64,000 nt of DNA from assembly GCF_000315625.1 (NCBI RefSeq), contig NW_005434647.1, positions 687,998 through 751,997 on the forward strand, read 5' to 3'. Origin of the DNA: Guillardia theta CCMP2712 (taxonomy: Eukaryota; Protista; Cryptophyta). Under the pieces are notes generated by a model that made no database searches, was not told where the DNA came from, and worked only from the letters and a program-made list of their open reading frames with translations. This document shows, piece after piece, positions 13,442-26,899 of this stretch; position 1 is the stretch's first letter, and each line of letters opens with the position of its first letter. The translations under genes were made by a program, and so were the position numbers.

Positions 13442-14971
13442 ATGAGAGTCGCTCCTCCCTTTGCGCATGTTGCGATCGTTCGGGGTGCGATAGCGCGTAA
13501 CCTCATTTATTCATTGCGAAGCAGTGATCCTCGAATGCACTCCCGGCCAACATTCCATCGCTCTACCAGGCCAGGAACTCATCTTGTCTCGAGACGGATG
13601 CTTTCTTCGGATGAATCCGTCGCCAGGAAGGAGGAGGAAAGTAGCGACACGTCGGGTAAGATCTCTTTCCTCGGGATGCCTATCGGGACCCTTGCGGGCA
13701 CCTTTGGAAGCATACTTGGCGTCGGAGGAGGGGTGATCATGGTTCCCCTGCTGACGTGCAAGCCCATGAGCATGCAAGCAAGACACGCTTCTGCCACGTC
13801 CTTGGTGGCTGTGCTGGGCACAGGGCTGGTTTCGGCAGTGCTCTACTTCAGGTATGCAGGAATGCTGCATCTCGCTGCTTGACGAGCTTCTTTTGCGACA
13901 GCTACGGGCAGGCGGATCCTTTTGGCGCTGGAATCCTCGCAGTGGTAGCCATGTTCTCAGCGCCAGGTTTGCTGACCTCAATCCTTCCGCCGTCTGACTG
14001 AGGGTACAGCCGGCGCTCGAGCCACAATGAAGATCTCGCACAAGACCCTCAAGAAGGTCATGGGGGTATCGCTTGCTATGCACCTGCTCACTGCAGCATG
14101 AAGAGGTCTTTTAGGTGTTCCTTACGATATCGGCGCCGCTTGTCCCCTTGAGGGAAGGGCTCCTTGAGTCCAGCCACAAGAGTAACCTCCTGTCGGATCC
14201 GTTCTTCATCTCGTTGCACGGTTACCCAGCGCAACGGCGTCATAAGTTGTTGATTGGCTTCTGCAGACGCAGAGAAGAAATATTTCCCGTACCTCGATGT
14301 CGTCTGCGATCAGTGCAAGAAATCCTTCGGAGAGTTTCCAGGTTGCCGTGCCTGTCATGTGTCCGGGGCAATGTGGCTGAGAACTCTGGCAGGTCTCATG
14401 TCTGTTCCCAGTCACGCGAGGGTCCCCTACATCAGCATCCTTGTTGCAGCAGGTTGGCAGCTGCTGCAGAGGCACGACTGACGTTCCACGGGATTGATGT
14501 TCCACTCAGGGGGGACTGCGGGATACTTGTCGGGATTGCTGGGAATCGGAGGAGGTATCATAGTTACACCCTTGCTCGCCTTATTCTCAGGTGAAGGAAG
14601 GAGGGTGAGTGAGAAAGACTGAGAGAGCTGCAGGAATGTCACAACATGCTGTCGTGGGAACATCGATGGTGGCGATGATCTTCCCTTCGGCAGTTTCTCT
14701 GTATACTCATCATCGCTTGGGCAATGTAAGGTGGCGAGGTGAGCTTCAGTATGCGGAAGAACGTCAGTTGACATCCATGAAAGTGGGGAGGATGCTGTTT
14801 CTTGGATCGACTATCGGGGCAGCTCTTGGAGTGCAGGTAGCGGCTGCTTCCGGCCCACTGGCGCATTTGACGCTCCCGCTACAGATAGCACAACATGTAC
14901 AGGACGACACGTTGAAGTATATCTTTGCTGTTGGGATGCTGGGACTCGGGATAAAAACTTACAAAGCTTGA
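13442..14971 (+). CDS. TauE/SafE (TSUP) family membrane transporter, possible organellar presequence; multi-exon
   Basis: Two internal repeats: GSILGVGGGVIMVPLL..ASATSL and GYLSGLLGIGGGIIVTPLL..AVVGTSM..HHRLGNV; R/S-rich N-terminus. Confidence 0.85.
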
Positions 14972-15081
14972 TACATCGGAGCAGACTACCCACATTCCTT
15001 GTGCACAGAAGAAACCAAGCTTCTCCTCCTGGCTATGCATGCTCCATGGGCTCATCTTACAGGGATCCAAAGGCTTCATTT

Positions 15082-15477
15082 TTATCTCACAAGCGGCCTC
15101 TTTCTTTCTTCACAACCGCAAGAGCTGCTGCGATACTTCTGCATCTCAATCAAATACTCGTCTCTCCTCCTCTTCCTCATCCGATCTTCAGGTTCTGGTT
15201 CAAGTGAGGGGTCTTTCTCTTTCTTTGGTTTGGTTGAGAAGCTTGTCAACATTGTTCTGGTTGCAACGATCTGCTTTCCATCCACCTTGATCGTTGTTTT
15301 CTCTGCTCCTTTGTCCTGTCTATTCTCCTTCTTTTTCGCAGCAAGGAACTGCTCCATGAAGCTTCCATCGTTCGCAAACAGCAGCTTCATCGTTGAAGAT
15401 GAGCGCTCGTTGTTAGCAGAATCACGCTCCTTGCTCTCATGCTGACTGTTCTGCTCCTTTGATTTGCTCTCAGTCAT
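15082..15477 (-). CDS. TRIR/C19orf43-like protein
   Basis: LFANDGSFMEQF and C-terminal YLIEMQKYRSSSC..RPLVR match family hallmarks (FANDGSF...KY...C...RPLVK). Confidence 0.75.
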   Translation of the reverse strand: MTESKSKEQNSQHESKERDSANNERSSSTMKLLFANDGSFMEQFLAAKKKENRQDKGAEKTTIKVDGKQIVATRTMLTSFSTKPKKEKDPSLEPEPEDRMRKRRRDEYLIEMQKYRSSSCGCEERKRPLVR

Positions 15478-16469
15478 GGGCTGCAACTGCACAAAAATGT
15501 GAACATGTCACAAACTTCCATATCGCTTGCTGTGAGATCATTGCTAAAGCATCTGACATGACATTACCTACCCAGTACAGGTATGATCAAAGGTAAAGCC
15601 GATGGCTGCAAGTCCGAAACACTCCCTTCCGCCTCCTTCCCTGACGATTCAGCATGCAGGTCAGTTTGAGCCTGGGCATGTTTGTGTAGATCTTGATAGT
15701 GGTAGATCTAGACCTCAAGAATATTGCGGATCTTACAAGCCAGTTGTTTGTATCGCTGGTGTTGTTTCTGTACCCTTGCGCTACTGTCTTCTTGTATCTT
15801 GATACATTCTCACGGGTCCCTTCATTTCTGTTCTCAATCGCCGCATGTTGATATGGCACCAATACTTTCACACTGCCCAGTCTCAATCCTGCTCCCCTCC
15901 CACTCCCTCCCGCACAGCTCCATCACTCCTCCTTTCCCTCCTTCTCCAAGCATGGCACCGCCTCTCTAGCTTCATGCTCTACCGAGCATTGCAGCTTCAT
16001 ACTGAACAGCATCGACTCTGCTGCCGCTGCACCGCTAGTTGCGCCATCGCTGCCTTCACGCTGCGTTGCCCGCGCATCGGGACCACAAACTCGCATCGAA
16101 AGAATTCTCGGTCTGTGTGGGGATGTGGTTACCCGGGAAGTGGGTATGTGGGGTATGTGGTCCCGGGCTCGCGCGGAGGTGGACTCGAAAAATGCAGAGG
16201 GGAAGGGAGGGGAAATTGGCGGAGAGAGGCGGGAAGAGAGCAGGGGGAGAAGGGGGAGCAGGAGGAGGGTGGGGGGGGGAGGGGCAGAAGGAAGAAGGAA
16301 GAAGGAAGAAGGAAGAAGAAGTCAGAGGGATGGTTGAGCGAGGTCAGACAAGAAGTGCTCCATGGTGAGGGATGTCTGAAATGAAGGGATGGTCGTGATG
16401 CCTGAATGCAAGAGATGTCTGATATGAATGAGAGCACAAGCAGAGCGATTGAGGTTGAGAGATGTATGT

Positions 16470-16470
16470 G

Positions 16471-16496
<26 letters not shown>
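16470..16496. repeat. (GT)n microsatellite
   Basis: Directly visible. Confidence 0.9.
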
Positions 16497-16502
<6 letters not shown>

Positions 16503-17043
16503 GTCCGCTCTGGAGTTGGAGGACGAAAAGAATCGAGAGGACGGGTGGATGCAGGAAGGGAAGGGACTGAGCAGTGCTGTGAAGAGGCAGAGAGAAAACA
16601 AGTGGGAGGAATGCAGATGAGTGTAGGCGTGATGGTGAACTGTGTGGACCGAGATGCTATGTGATACTGAGGCCGTGTGAGTGTGCATGAAGCGAAATCT
16701 GTCCTTAAAAGTTAGTTTTGTCGTGTGATCAGAAAGGTGTATCAGCTTTCATGTTGTCCGTCTCGAATTTGTCATGATGAGCCATCAGCATGTGCCCAAG
16801 ATGAAATCATTGATGTTAGATCAGTCTACAACCATCATGTTGTAGCCATCTTATTGAAGCTCTGATGCTGTTTCTCGTGATGTTATCAACAAAATTGAGC
16901 GTGTCATGGCTGAGGGCTGAAGCTCAACAGGCTCAGTGCAGCGCCTGTAGCGATCAACACATCCTTCCCCTCGGCAAGAAACGTGCGATGACACTAATGA
17001 CATCTTTACAGGCTCTTGCTTGCTCGACCTGAGGACCCGGACT

Positions 17044-20000
17044 ATGTCCAAAAGGAGTCTTGGCAATGAGTCCGGGCTACGAGCCCTTAAGAGGATCCAA
17101 CTACTGCGGAAGGATCAGGACTTCAACAAGACCCTGCTGACCTCGTGGAAGGAGCGGAGGAGTGCTCCAACCTTGCTGCTGCAGTCGGAGGCTGTGGATG
17201 TCTCGCCAGCTCTCCAACACCTCTGTAAACTCTTCTTCCATGGACCTTGTCCGAGCCCGATGCTCAAGGAGTATATCAAGGAAGCGATCGTCAGCTGGTG
17301 GCCCACTCACTCTCAGACGGTTGCAGAGACGATGATGGGGATGGTGGAGAAAGCTGATCCGAGCAAGGCGCACCAGTATCAAGCCGTTGTTGAGATCGCA
17401 AAGGTGTTTGTGTGGAACGGTTGGTGCAAGCGTGAGGCGGGCAAGCTTTCTCTGTGCGATATGCCGGAGGATCAGCTGCCGACAAATGTCGTGCTGCCAT
17501 GCCTGAGAATGTTTTTGAAGGGAATCAAACATTGGAACGAGACCGTGAAGCTCTCTGCGACTGACCCACTGGCGATGCAGGAGCTCGTGGACGGATGTGT
17601 GGAGATGAACATGGAACTCTGTGTTGCTTCGCTCAAGAGCGTTCTTCATTCTGACTTCTTCTTTGAGAACATGGTTCACATCGCGATGGTCAACGCGCAA
17701 GATTGGGAGGGATTTTCATCCGACGTCCATGAGCTGTATCAGAGCAACAAATCGTCTACCAAGTTGCAGAGCCTATGGAATGACCTCAAAGTCTACAACG
17801 ATCCTCTGCAGCTCTGCCTCCTATGTGAGCCCTCTCATCTCAGAGACACTCTTGGTGTAGACATGCAGAACGATGACGTCACGAGGAGAACGCTGATGTT
17901 GGCTATGTGGTCGACCATGGATCGCTCGAGTCACAGCAGTGCGGACATTGACGACATGGCCTTGTTCATGCATGACATCAGAGACTTGCAGGGCTCTCGC
18001 AGCGTTCACTTTGCCTACAACCTCTGGCTCTCTTTGCTCTTCATCTTGAGCAGCTCCAAGCTCGGGACCCCCGACCGTATCGTTGCCCGTCACTTCCTCC
18101 TCTGGCACTTGCCCAAGATCATCCTGTCTATCGGGCAGGTCGAGAACGAGGTCAAGATCTGGACGCGGTCGCCCTTCATGGGCATCTTGCAGGTCGAGGA
18201 CCTCCTAGGAGCGCAGGGCGTCATCGAGCAGGCGTTTGCACGCGTGCGGCAGTGGCCGCAGTTCCTGCATGTCAATGTTCCCTCAGCTCCCACCAACACG
18301 CCCGACGTCTGGAACCTAGTCTGTGACGCCTTCACTGATCTTGGAGCCATGGACGAGCAGCAGGTCCGCATGCACATCAAGCCGCTGGTCCAGTGGCAGA
18401 AACCCGCGCCGGAGAGCACGAGCCGGGATGACCTGCGGAAGAACGTGGCTCCCAAGTGTGTGGAGGACGTGCTTGCGATCGAGAGCATGGTACAGGACGA
18501 GTGCCGCAACATGGCGCACATCCACAGCCAGGTGACTGGCAACGCGCCCGTTCTGCAGCTCTGGAACTTGCTGTGTGAGGAGGTCACCAAGGGCTCCCGG
18601 TGCAGCGCTGAGTCAGCGCGGGTGATCGCGACCTTCCTCGGAGTTCCTCCTGACCTCGCCAACGACCCTGTGCCCGTAGCCGTCTACGTTCACTTCCTCA
18701 ACAACGTCATCAAGTCTCCTGCCACCATGGACATCGTGAAGGCTCAGCGGTACCTCGAGAACGTTCTGTTCGGCATCTCCTTCCGCCTCGACGTCCTCGG
18801 GAGCAGAATGCCGAGCTCAGCGCCGGACTCTCCGAACTTCGAAGTTCACAAGCAGTTTGGCGACATCTTCCTGATCGCCTGCCTGATCGTCAACCGTTAC
18901 AAGCTCCACCAGAGCGACATCTTCATGGAGAGTCTGGAGCGCGAGTCCCTCAAGTGGACGGCAGAGGATGCGCGGGGCTGCTACGCCTGCTGGCTGCGGC
19001 GGCACTCGGAGATACAAAAGTATGGCAAGCTGAACATGGAGGACCGAACGGTCGAGAACAAGCTCGTCGAGTCTGTTTTCAATCAGAACTGGGGCAAGAA
19101 GGCGGAGCTGGAGAAGGCTGTCAAGACCTTCACAGCTTGGGCTGTGCTGGAGTGTGTTCCAAGCTTTGCCGAGCGAGTGTTTCAAGGGTGCTGCGCTGAT
19201 CGCATGCAGTCTCAGGCAGCTGCGCAGGCGCTGCACATGCTCATCAGTGTCGTGCGGTACGCGATGGTGGACACTGTCGCTCATCTCTGCATGCAAGCGA
19301 CTTCGCACAGGACGGAGCAGGGAGGGAAGAACGAGGCCGTGTCTTGCAAGAAAGCCATCGAAGTCCTGCTGAAGCTCCTCACGGACTTGACAGCAGACGA
19401 GACGAAGCCTCTCATCGTCATCGATCGCAACATGTCCCTCGTCCTCCACAGGCTGCCGGAAGACAGCGCATCTCAGGTGAGCCTTCCCCGCCCCCGCCTC
19501 TCTGACCCCCTGAGCAGCTCAAAAAGAAGCTCCAGAGCTCCCTCGACCTCTCGCCCATCGACCTTCTCAACCACAAGAAGGTCATCTATGACGTGCTCGT
19601 CAGCATTCACCGGGGAGGCCCCCAGCTGCAGCATAGCGAAGCCATGCGTCTCCTGCGTCGGAGGATCGAGCCCTACGAGCTCGCCAAGGGGATGATAGAC
19701 GAGGTTATCTTCCTGTCCTCGCAGGTCACGCCCCACCCGCTCCTGCTCCCACCTGATGCGGATGCAGAGCTCGACTGCTGCAAGCATCGCGACGACCTTC
19801 AACCTGTGTTCCATTGGCACTTTCCTCCTCTCGCACGGATCCCTTGTACCGTTCCTCGTGCTCCTCTTCGCACATGACGTTGCGATGCAGGATGTCAACG
19901 GAAGGAACTTGATAGCCGAGTCTTTCATGCTCGAAGTCCTTCCCTCCATGCTCCTGCGGCTTGAGAATCAACGCCATGCGCTGCTGCTTGCCAGGTCCTG

Positions 20001-20666
20001 CTCCCCTGATCCTCCCCTGCTCTAACTGGAACTGGCAGATTCACCACCATGCTCGCCATAGCCAACGGCTGCAACGCATGGAAGTCTCTTCGGCAACGGA
20101 ACTTGATGGGCACTGGCGACATGTCTGTCAACGACGGGGCCTCGCATGCGCAGGCGGGTGAGAGGAGCGAGGGGCGGGAGGTGAAGTCGCAGCAGGTGGC
20201 GGTCGAAGCAGCCTTCGGTCAAGTGCCGCACATCCTGACTAGGCTCTCCACCTTGTACTCCACTAAGACTGGCCTAAGGTTATGAGCCTCCCCGTCCTGG
20301 CGCTTCTCTCACCCTCATGCAGGGATGCTAAGGAGGCGTCGATGCTCTCCTTCGCTCTTTCCATGCTGTCCAACGCCCTCCGCGTCCGCTGGTACGATGA
20401 GTTGAGATGAGGACGAAGAGGAAGGGAGAGGGTGAGGGAGATGGAGAGCGAGGGAGATGGAGGGAGGGGAGGATGGGGACGAGAGGCTGACAGGCGTTCA
20501 GGCTCTCGCAGTACATGGACCTGATGGTGGCGGCCGAGGCACTAAGAAGGTGACATAGATGTCTCCTCCTCTGCCGCTGTCCCTCACCCCGCACAGGATG
20601 GGCTTCCACCGCCTTGCTTGGCTCGCCATCGACACGCTAAACCGACCGCAGCAGAACCCCATCTAG
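17044..20666 (+). CDS. Large alpha-helical hypothetical protein; multi-exon
   Basis: ~810-codon first exon with strong codon bias, then short introns (e.g. ~19477-19517 with CTGAC). Confidence 0.7.
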
Positions 20667-20823
20667 AGGTAACGCAGCAGGGAGAAGGAGCGTTCTACGT
20701 GAGCAGGAACGGAGAGGGTGAGCGGCTGACGAGAAGGCAAGGGAAGTAAACCTTACAGGTGTATTCTGAAAATCGAAACAAAACTAGACGCCTCTACAGC
20801 GTTAAATCTATACTACACGTCCT

Positions 20824-22597
20824 TTACCGTCCCATGACAACTCCCTGTAACAAGGGCATGCCCGTCAGCCTTGCAGCTGAAAGGTCCCAGCAAGGCTCCG
20901 AGTAGTCACGAGCTGGAAATTGAACAGAAGGCCGGAGCCCGCCCAGGACTGAGGTGTTGTTTGCAAGCAGTCCGAGGGAGAGAGGGCTCGTCAGCGAGTT
21001 CAACAACTGGTTCTGCGAGTTGAGTGCCAGGAGGGCTGAAAGGTCCAAGGACTTGCTGGTGCTGGGCTGCATGAAGCTCAGCAAGTTGACAGACTGGGTG
21101 AGGCTCTCAGGAGGAGAGCTCGCCGCGCTGGTGTTTTGACTCGACGTCTCCTCAGAGATACTTCCACGTGCCTCCTCAAAGGGATTTGAGATCTGCACAG
21201 GATGTACAACCTTGTGCCACGAGGAAGGTTTGTGCGCGTCAGCATTGAGCACTGCCGAGAACGTTGGGACTTTCGGCTCCTCACTGCTCTTCAAGTCAGC
21301 CAACAAAGAGAGCAAAGAAGGAGGAAAACACTGACCTGACATGCGCACTCAAATCAGTCGGGCTTTTCTTGTCGTTGACCTCCCCCAGGGAGCTCATGCA
21401 CATGCTCTCCTGCCCAAGTCCGACGCAACGAGAGCAAGGTCTTTCCGTGTCGCATCGAACCTTGGACCTCCTACACGTGTCGCAAGCCATCTTCTTCGCC
21501 ACTCTACACCTCTTTGCCTTAATCTCGGTGAGTTGAGAATCAAAACCATCCATAGGCAATAAGGAGTCGGTGCTTGAAACGCTGTTGTTCCTCTTTGCCT
21601 CCATGATCGAGGACTCCTCCTTGTCATGCGCAATCTCAGCATCTGTCGCGCTTCCAGAGCACAGGTCTCCTTGTCCATTCCGCACACACCGCGTGCAAGG
21701 CCGCATGTCTTCACACTTGACTTTGGAACGTCTGCACGAGTCACAAGCTCTCTTGGTGGTGATTCTGTGACGTTTGCGAGCCTCCTCTCCCGCCCCACGT
21801 TCATGCTCCAACGAAGATTGATCTTGAGGATTCCGTAGAGCCACCAGTGAAGCAACGGCCTCGTCGGCATTGGAGGGCTCTTCCTGGCCTACAAAGTGCT
21901 GTTGATGCGAGAACAACCCAGCGATGTTGGATTGAAGTTGTTGTGGATTGACGTTTGTGTCGTGGGCAACGTTGTTGCTCAACTTCGCCTGGAGCTGCTG
22001 GATCAAGAGCAACGGATCGATACCTCTGGGCTCTGTCTTGGGTGCGATCAGATTGCATTGCTGCAACATGTCGAGTTGGAGCTGCTTTTGCTGCAAGTCC
22101 CGAAGTTGCTGTTGGATTTGTAGTTGCAGTTGAAGCTGCTGCTGGAAGTTTTGCTGGGGAAGAAACAAATCCGTATTCAGGGTCGGGGGGTGCTGTTGCA
22201 GGACCTGTGCAGCTGACATGCTTGGAGAGATTGAAGTTGGAGAAGCGAAGGACTGAGGTGACGAATTGTGCGCAAGGGCCTCAGAGCTCGAGCTCATTGC
22301 CGTCACTTGATGCTGAACCAACGAAAGGGATCCATTGAGAGTTTCGAGAACGCTTGAAGGAATGCGCTGGGCTGACTCCGGCATTAAGGAATGGGTCATA
22401 TGCAGAGGTGAAGTTTCTCCGAGTTTGGGATCGTGCGTGCTCCTGCTCAAGCATAGTTCCGCGTGGCCATTTCGAAGGCATCTGGAGCAGGGTCTAACTT
22501 CGTCGCACTTGACTTTCGATCTCCTGCATGGCTCGCAAACATTCGTGACATGCTTTCTTCTTCCGCGCGCTGCAATCGGTTCGCCTCCTGCCGCCAT
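20824..22597 (-). CDS. Transcription factor with three Zn(II)2Cys6 binuclear clusters and a Q-rich region; intron 21284-21335
   Basis: CEPCRRSKVKCDEVRPCSRCLRNGHAELC, CDSCRRSKVKCEDMRPCTRCVRNGQGDLC, CDTCRRSKVRCDTERPCSRCVGLGQESMC. Confidence 0.9.
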
Positions 22598-24219
22598 AGT
22601 TTCCGTCGCTTTTTTCCGAAAGCTCACCTGCCTCACAGGAATAACCCCTCTCTAACCCCTTTATACACCCCACCCCTCAACACAGTGCACCCTATCTACC
22701 ACGTCGTACGATGTGTGCATTTCATCAAATGTACCGGTACCTTTGTCGTATTTTTTAGGGGTCTTTTTCATAGAGTCTCAGTACCCACCCCTTGCAATCC
22801 TGATTTCCGGTCAAACCACCACCACCCCATTCCGATTGCATCCGCTCATTTTACCCCACGATCGTGACCAACGTGTGTCACGTCGATACCACTTATATGG
22901 CCCCACCCCCTTCCGCCCTACCCCACCCCTGTCTCCTACTCCCGAATGCGAATCGTTGCATCTTGTCATCCTGCCGAGTTTTCCGAGCGAAGCTCTACCC
23001 CGTTATATTAGCATCAAATCACGGGTACCGGGGTTTCCAGTACCCCCTCGGAACTGGTCTCTGGTATACGAAATCGGACGCCTCCCGAGACCACCCCCTA
23101 CCCCCTATTTTACCAGTACCATATTCGGTTTCCACCGATTCTGTCTTGCATATCCCACTCGGACACTCCGGTCCGGCCAAATCCGATCGGGTAATTCCAC
23201 TACCCTACCTCATTGCTTCCTTTTGTGTATACCTACCCATACTTTCACCATCAAGGATTAGGAAACCACACCCCTCCTCTGACTTTGGAATTTTCTGCAT
23301 AACCCGCACCACCCCACTAATGCCGTGCCTGGCAATTTTTCTGCGACTCCGACCGATCCGAGGAGTTGAAGTCTATTAAGGGACGGACTAAAAGATATAA
23401 CTCAGGTCCCTACACATTCGATTTTCTAAGTCAGCTTCTAAGTCAGATGCGATATCCCTCGACCTATCAGGATATCTCCTCCCATCGGAGCTGGTCCGTC
23501 ACCACCCTCTAGGATCCGCTCAGTACCCAGTGTTTTCCTATACAACAGGACCCGTTTAGAGCTTTGCTGTACCGACGGATGCTGACACGTTGGCATGTCA
23601 TCTCCGGTACCAGAACAAACTCTTACAATGACCCCTCCCCAGTATCTGGTACAAATTACTGGTGGTTACCCGGGAGTGCCGTGACTGTGCTGTAGTAAAA
23701 ATCTCTCTTAGTTGAGAGGTGTCACGCGTTTTTCGGGCAGTTGTCACGAGCCCCTTGAAATGAAGCATTGACCCGGTGAGCACCCATGAAATCCCTCAAA
23801 GAAGGATGGAAAAGTGAGGGGTAGGTGGTGTCAAAAGGGATCAAACGAGTATGAGGGTGATGATATTGCGGAAGTGCATTGCAAGTCTCCGAGACTCCGT
23901 CGACAGGTAGAAAGTTGGTAGCCCGTGACACCCGGGAGGTGAGATAGCGAGGGCAGTAATCAAGAAATAGGAGAGACTCTATTAATTTCATGCGGGGCAG
24001 CCCTTCAAGCCCGGATGATCGGTGATCGATGGTTCCGAGATTTTTTTTCTTAAAAAAAACATTTTTCCACACGCATGAAGCGATACCTTGAAACTTTTGA
24101 GTTGAGGGCTCCCGAGACTCCGATCGGATCTCCTCGGGTCGGAGATAGATATCTCGCTTGATTCCGAGTTGTAAAGATTTCACGGGCCCCCCTCAGAACT
24201 ATCTCAGCTGATCGGAGCG

Positions 24220-24480
24220 GCAAACGCCGAGGGCGGTCAGCAAGTCACGAATAATTGCCCCCCGAAGTCCAAAGGTCAGTCGTTTGCAGTCAGCCGCCTC
24301 GGAGCCTCCGATTCGGATCTTTCCGAGTGACTTTGACTAGGCGTAGTGGTACTGATCTTTAAGTCTCGGATCTTTAACCGTCCTCCGGGCCGGCGGCCTC
24401 TCCGACGGGGCCCCGGGTGACCACCGGCGGGCCAGACCGGGCCCGCCCCGGGCGGTTGACTCTGTGAAAGTCTCCTTGCC
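24220..24480. other. GC-rich intergenic island
   Basis: ccgggccggcggcc/ggccccggg words. Confidence 0.55.
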
Positions 24481-24865
24481 ACACACGGGGGTTGTGCGAG
24501 TAAAGTAAGCTCTTTATACAGTTGTGCTCTTTATATCCGGTTCAATGCCATGATGCGAGACGGTCTCTCTTGTCTCTTCGTTGTAAAGGTTCTCTTGATA
24601 TTGTTCCGCTCTTTTGGGCCGTCACGGGGAGATGTTGCCTCGGATACCGCCTTAGTTGTGGATGCCACATCATTCAAGCAAGCAACAGTACAGATTTGTT
24701 TGCGTCATTCGACGAATTCATGACTAAGACAAAAGGGTACAACACGACAACAGACTGGCAATGATCTAAGCTGCTATCTCGGCGTCGCACATCAGAAAGA
24801 CTCTGCGGGCAACATCATCAGTAATCAGCAAGCATATATCGACTCGTACCTTGATCCTGTTCAAG

Positions 24866-25853
24866 TCATGGCTTTGGCTCGCTGTCGTCCTCAGATTTTC
24901 GCCTATGCTTTTCCAGGATAGATTTAGTCTCCATCAGCTCTCCCTCTTCTGCTGACGCGTCATCGAAAAAGTCCACCTCCTTCTTGAAAACATGTGCAAC
25001 TTCGCTGAAAAATCTGATCTCCTCCTTAGCTGTACGTGAAGATAAAAACACAAACAGCCCCGTCGGTCCATGGATGTGTTCCGACAGGTACCCATACAAC
25101 ATCTTCTCCTCTGATAAACCAGGCATCAAAAGGTCCTCTGGTAACCCGATCCGTTTCCATACGGCCAGTCGTAAGCTATTATTCGTCTGCAAGTGCCTGT
25201 TCATGGAGCGCATAGAAAGCTGTCTTTGAATCATCAGCTCCAAGTCCTTCCGCGGCAAGCCTTTCTGTACAGAGTTGATCTCCTCGCCGCCGTCCTCACT
25301 GTTGGCAATGATATCCATAGCTTTCCTAAAAAGATCCTCAACCAGATACCTGTGTTTGTGCAATCATTCAGTAGAGGCCACACCATGGCAAACAAAGTCT
25401 TCACCTCTGAGAGATGTATGACACTTGCCGTTTGTAGTAGTTGACAATAATCTGATGATAGTTCTCCGCCTTCTGCAGCTGCAGCTGCTTCTCCGCATCC
25501 TTATCATTCAGCGCTAGTGCAACGACATAGGCGGTCCCATTCGGATCTTTAATCTCCAGCAACTCACACGCATGCTTGAGATATGTTGAAGCGCGATAGC
25601 GAGATGACGCATGAGTATCTGTGGTGAAGGAGTGATAGCGAGATGATGTATGAGTAGCTGTGGTGAAGGAGTGATAGCGAGATGATGTATGAGTATCTGT
25701 GGTGAAGGAGTGATAGCGAGATGATGCATGAGTAGCTGTGGTGAAGGAGTGTACTCGCGGGTGAAGGCCTGAGGGGCTTGTATGGAGGCTTCTCCGAGCA
25801 GACCAGACAAAGCGGCGCAGTAGTTGCATGGCGATAGTTACGCTGTTTTCCAT
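24866..25853 (-). CDS. Two-exon hypothetical protein with mitochondrial-presequence-like N-terminus containing 13-aa repeats; probable GC-AG intron
   Basis: ORFs 25401-25853 and 24866-25363 join in frame using the donor CG|GCAAGT and acceptor CACAG|G. Confidence 0.6.
25595..25750. repeat. 39-bp coding tandem repeat x4
   Basis: gatagcgagatga(t/c)g(t/c)atgagta(g/t)ctgtggtgaaggagt at 25595, 25634, 25673, 25712. Confidence 0.95.
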
Positions 25854-26179
25854 GAGGGGTGCTAGACTGGGGAGGCTTGAGCTTTCGGAGGTCGAAATCA
25901 GAGCTCAAAGAGAACTTCGGCTTGGGATGATGACATTGAAATGGGTACATGATCCTAAAAAGACCGGGTAGTGTTGAGAGCATTGAAATACTTTCAGACG
26001 AGCTTCAAACTGGCGCGAAAATCAAGACCCACAAACCTGCGAAAAGGATTCTTTTCGTTAGACAATAATATTTCAGAATCTTTTTCAGTGACAGTTCAAA
26101 ATTTCAGAACCGTAAAATCAAAATATTTGAGAATAAGAACCCTTTTCGATACGTGAAAAATTCCAGAAGGGAATTGGAA

Positions 26180-26562
26180 CTCGGAACCGTCGGAACGGAA
26201 CCGGCGGAGGCCCAACGGTTACCGTACCGGGTGGGTCCCGGAGTCCTCAAAGTGCCAGGCTCATCCGGTCCGTTTTGGCTCGAAGCCTGCCCACAGTGTG
26301 GGCGTGGGCCGGGCCCCGGGCCGGGCGGCCCGGGCCCACGGTCACCGCGGGGCCCCCGGTACTAGCCTTAGTACTGACTCACTGACGCGGGCCCGCATCC
26401 TAGTGACTTGGCCCGGGGCCGAGCCAGTACTATAGTACCGGGGGGGGGGCCGGGGGGCGCTTAGTACCCCGGGCGACCCGCCGCTGATCGGACCGCCGCG
26501 TGACCCGTAGTACCGTGTCACAGCATCATAGTAGGGCGGCCGGAGCGGCCCGGCCCGGCCGG
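26180..26562. other. GC-rich intergenic island
   Basis: Same vocabulary; AT-rich TTCA/GAA flank at 25970-26180. Confidence 0.7.
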
Positions 26563-26899
26563 ACATTTTTCAATCCTTTTTACAGGGGTGGGGTAGTAGA
26601 ATTTGTTGGGAATCGCAATGGCGATCCCGCGACAAACTGTTTCGAGGATGAATATCTCAAGAATGAAAATCTGTACAATGCAAAACAAACATTTTGTATT
26701 TAGAGATACATACAAATTGTCATTCTCTATACTTGTTCGCTTTGTACACGTCTTAATGTTTGACATTTTGTCCTTTCTATCTCTTCTTCCGTAGACTTAC
26801 AACCAGACAAAGTTCGTAAACCCTGAAATCTAGGCATTTGTCCTGTGAATCCTCCTCGTGTATCCAAAGATTGAGTATGTATACGTTTCCGAGATCGAG

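Noticed and set aside
12946-13506. 186-aa minus-strand ORF
   Set aside because: Overlaps the TauE start and the GGGGTA-rich promoter zone; no recognisable motif.
14254-14481. Nested CxxC...CxxC ORF inside the TauE gene
   Set aside because: Explained as TauE exons plus read-through intron sequence.
25595-25750. CRISPR-like array
   Set aside because: Head-to-tail repeats without unique spacers, inside a eukaryotic ORF; no cas genes.
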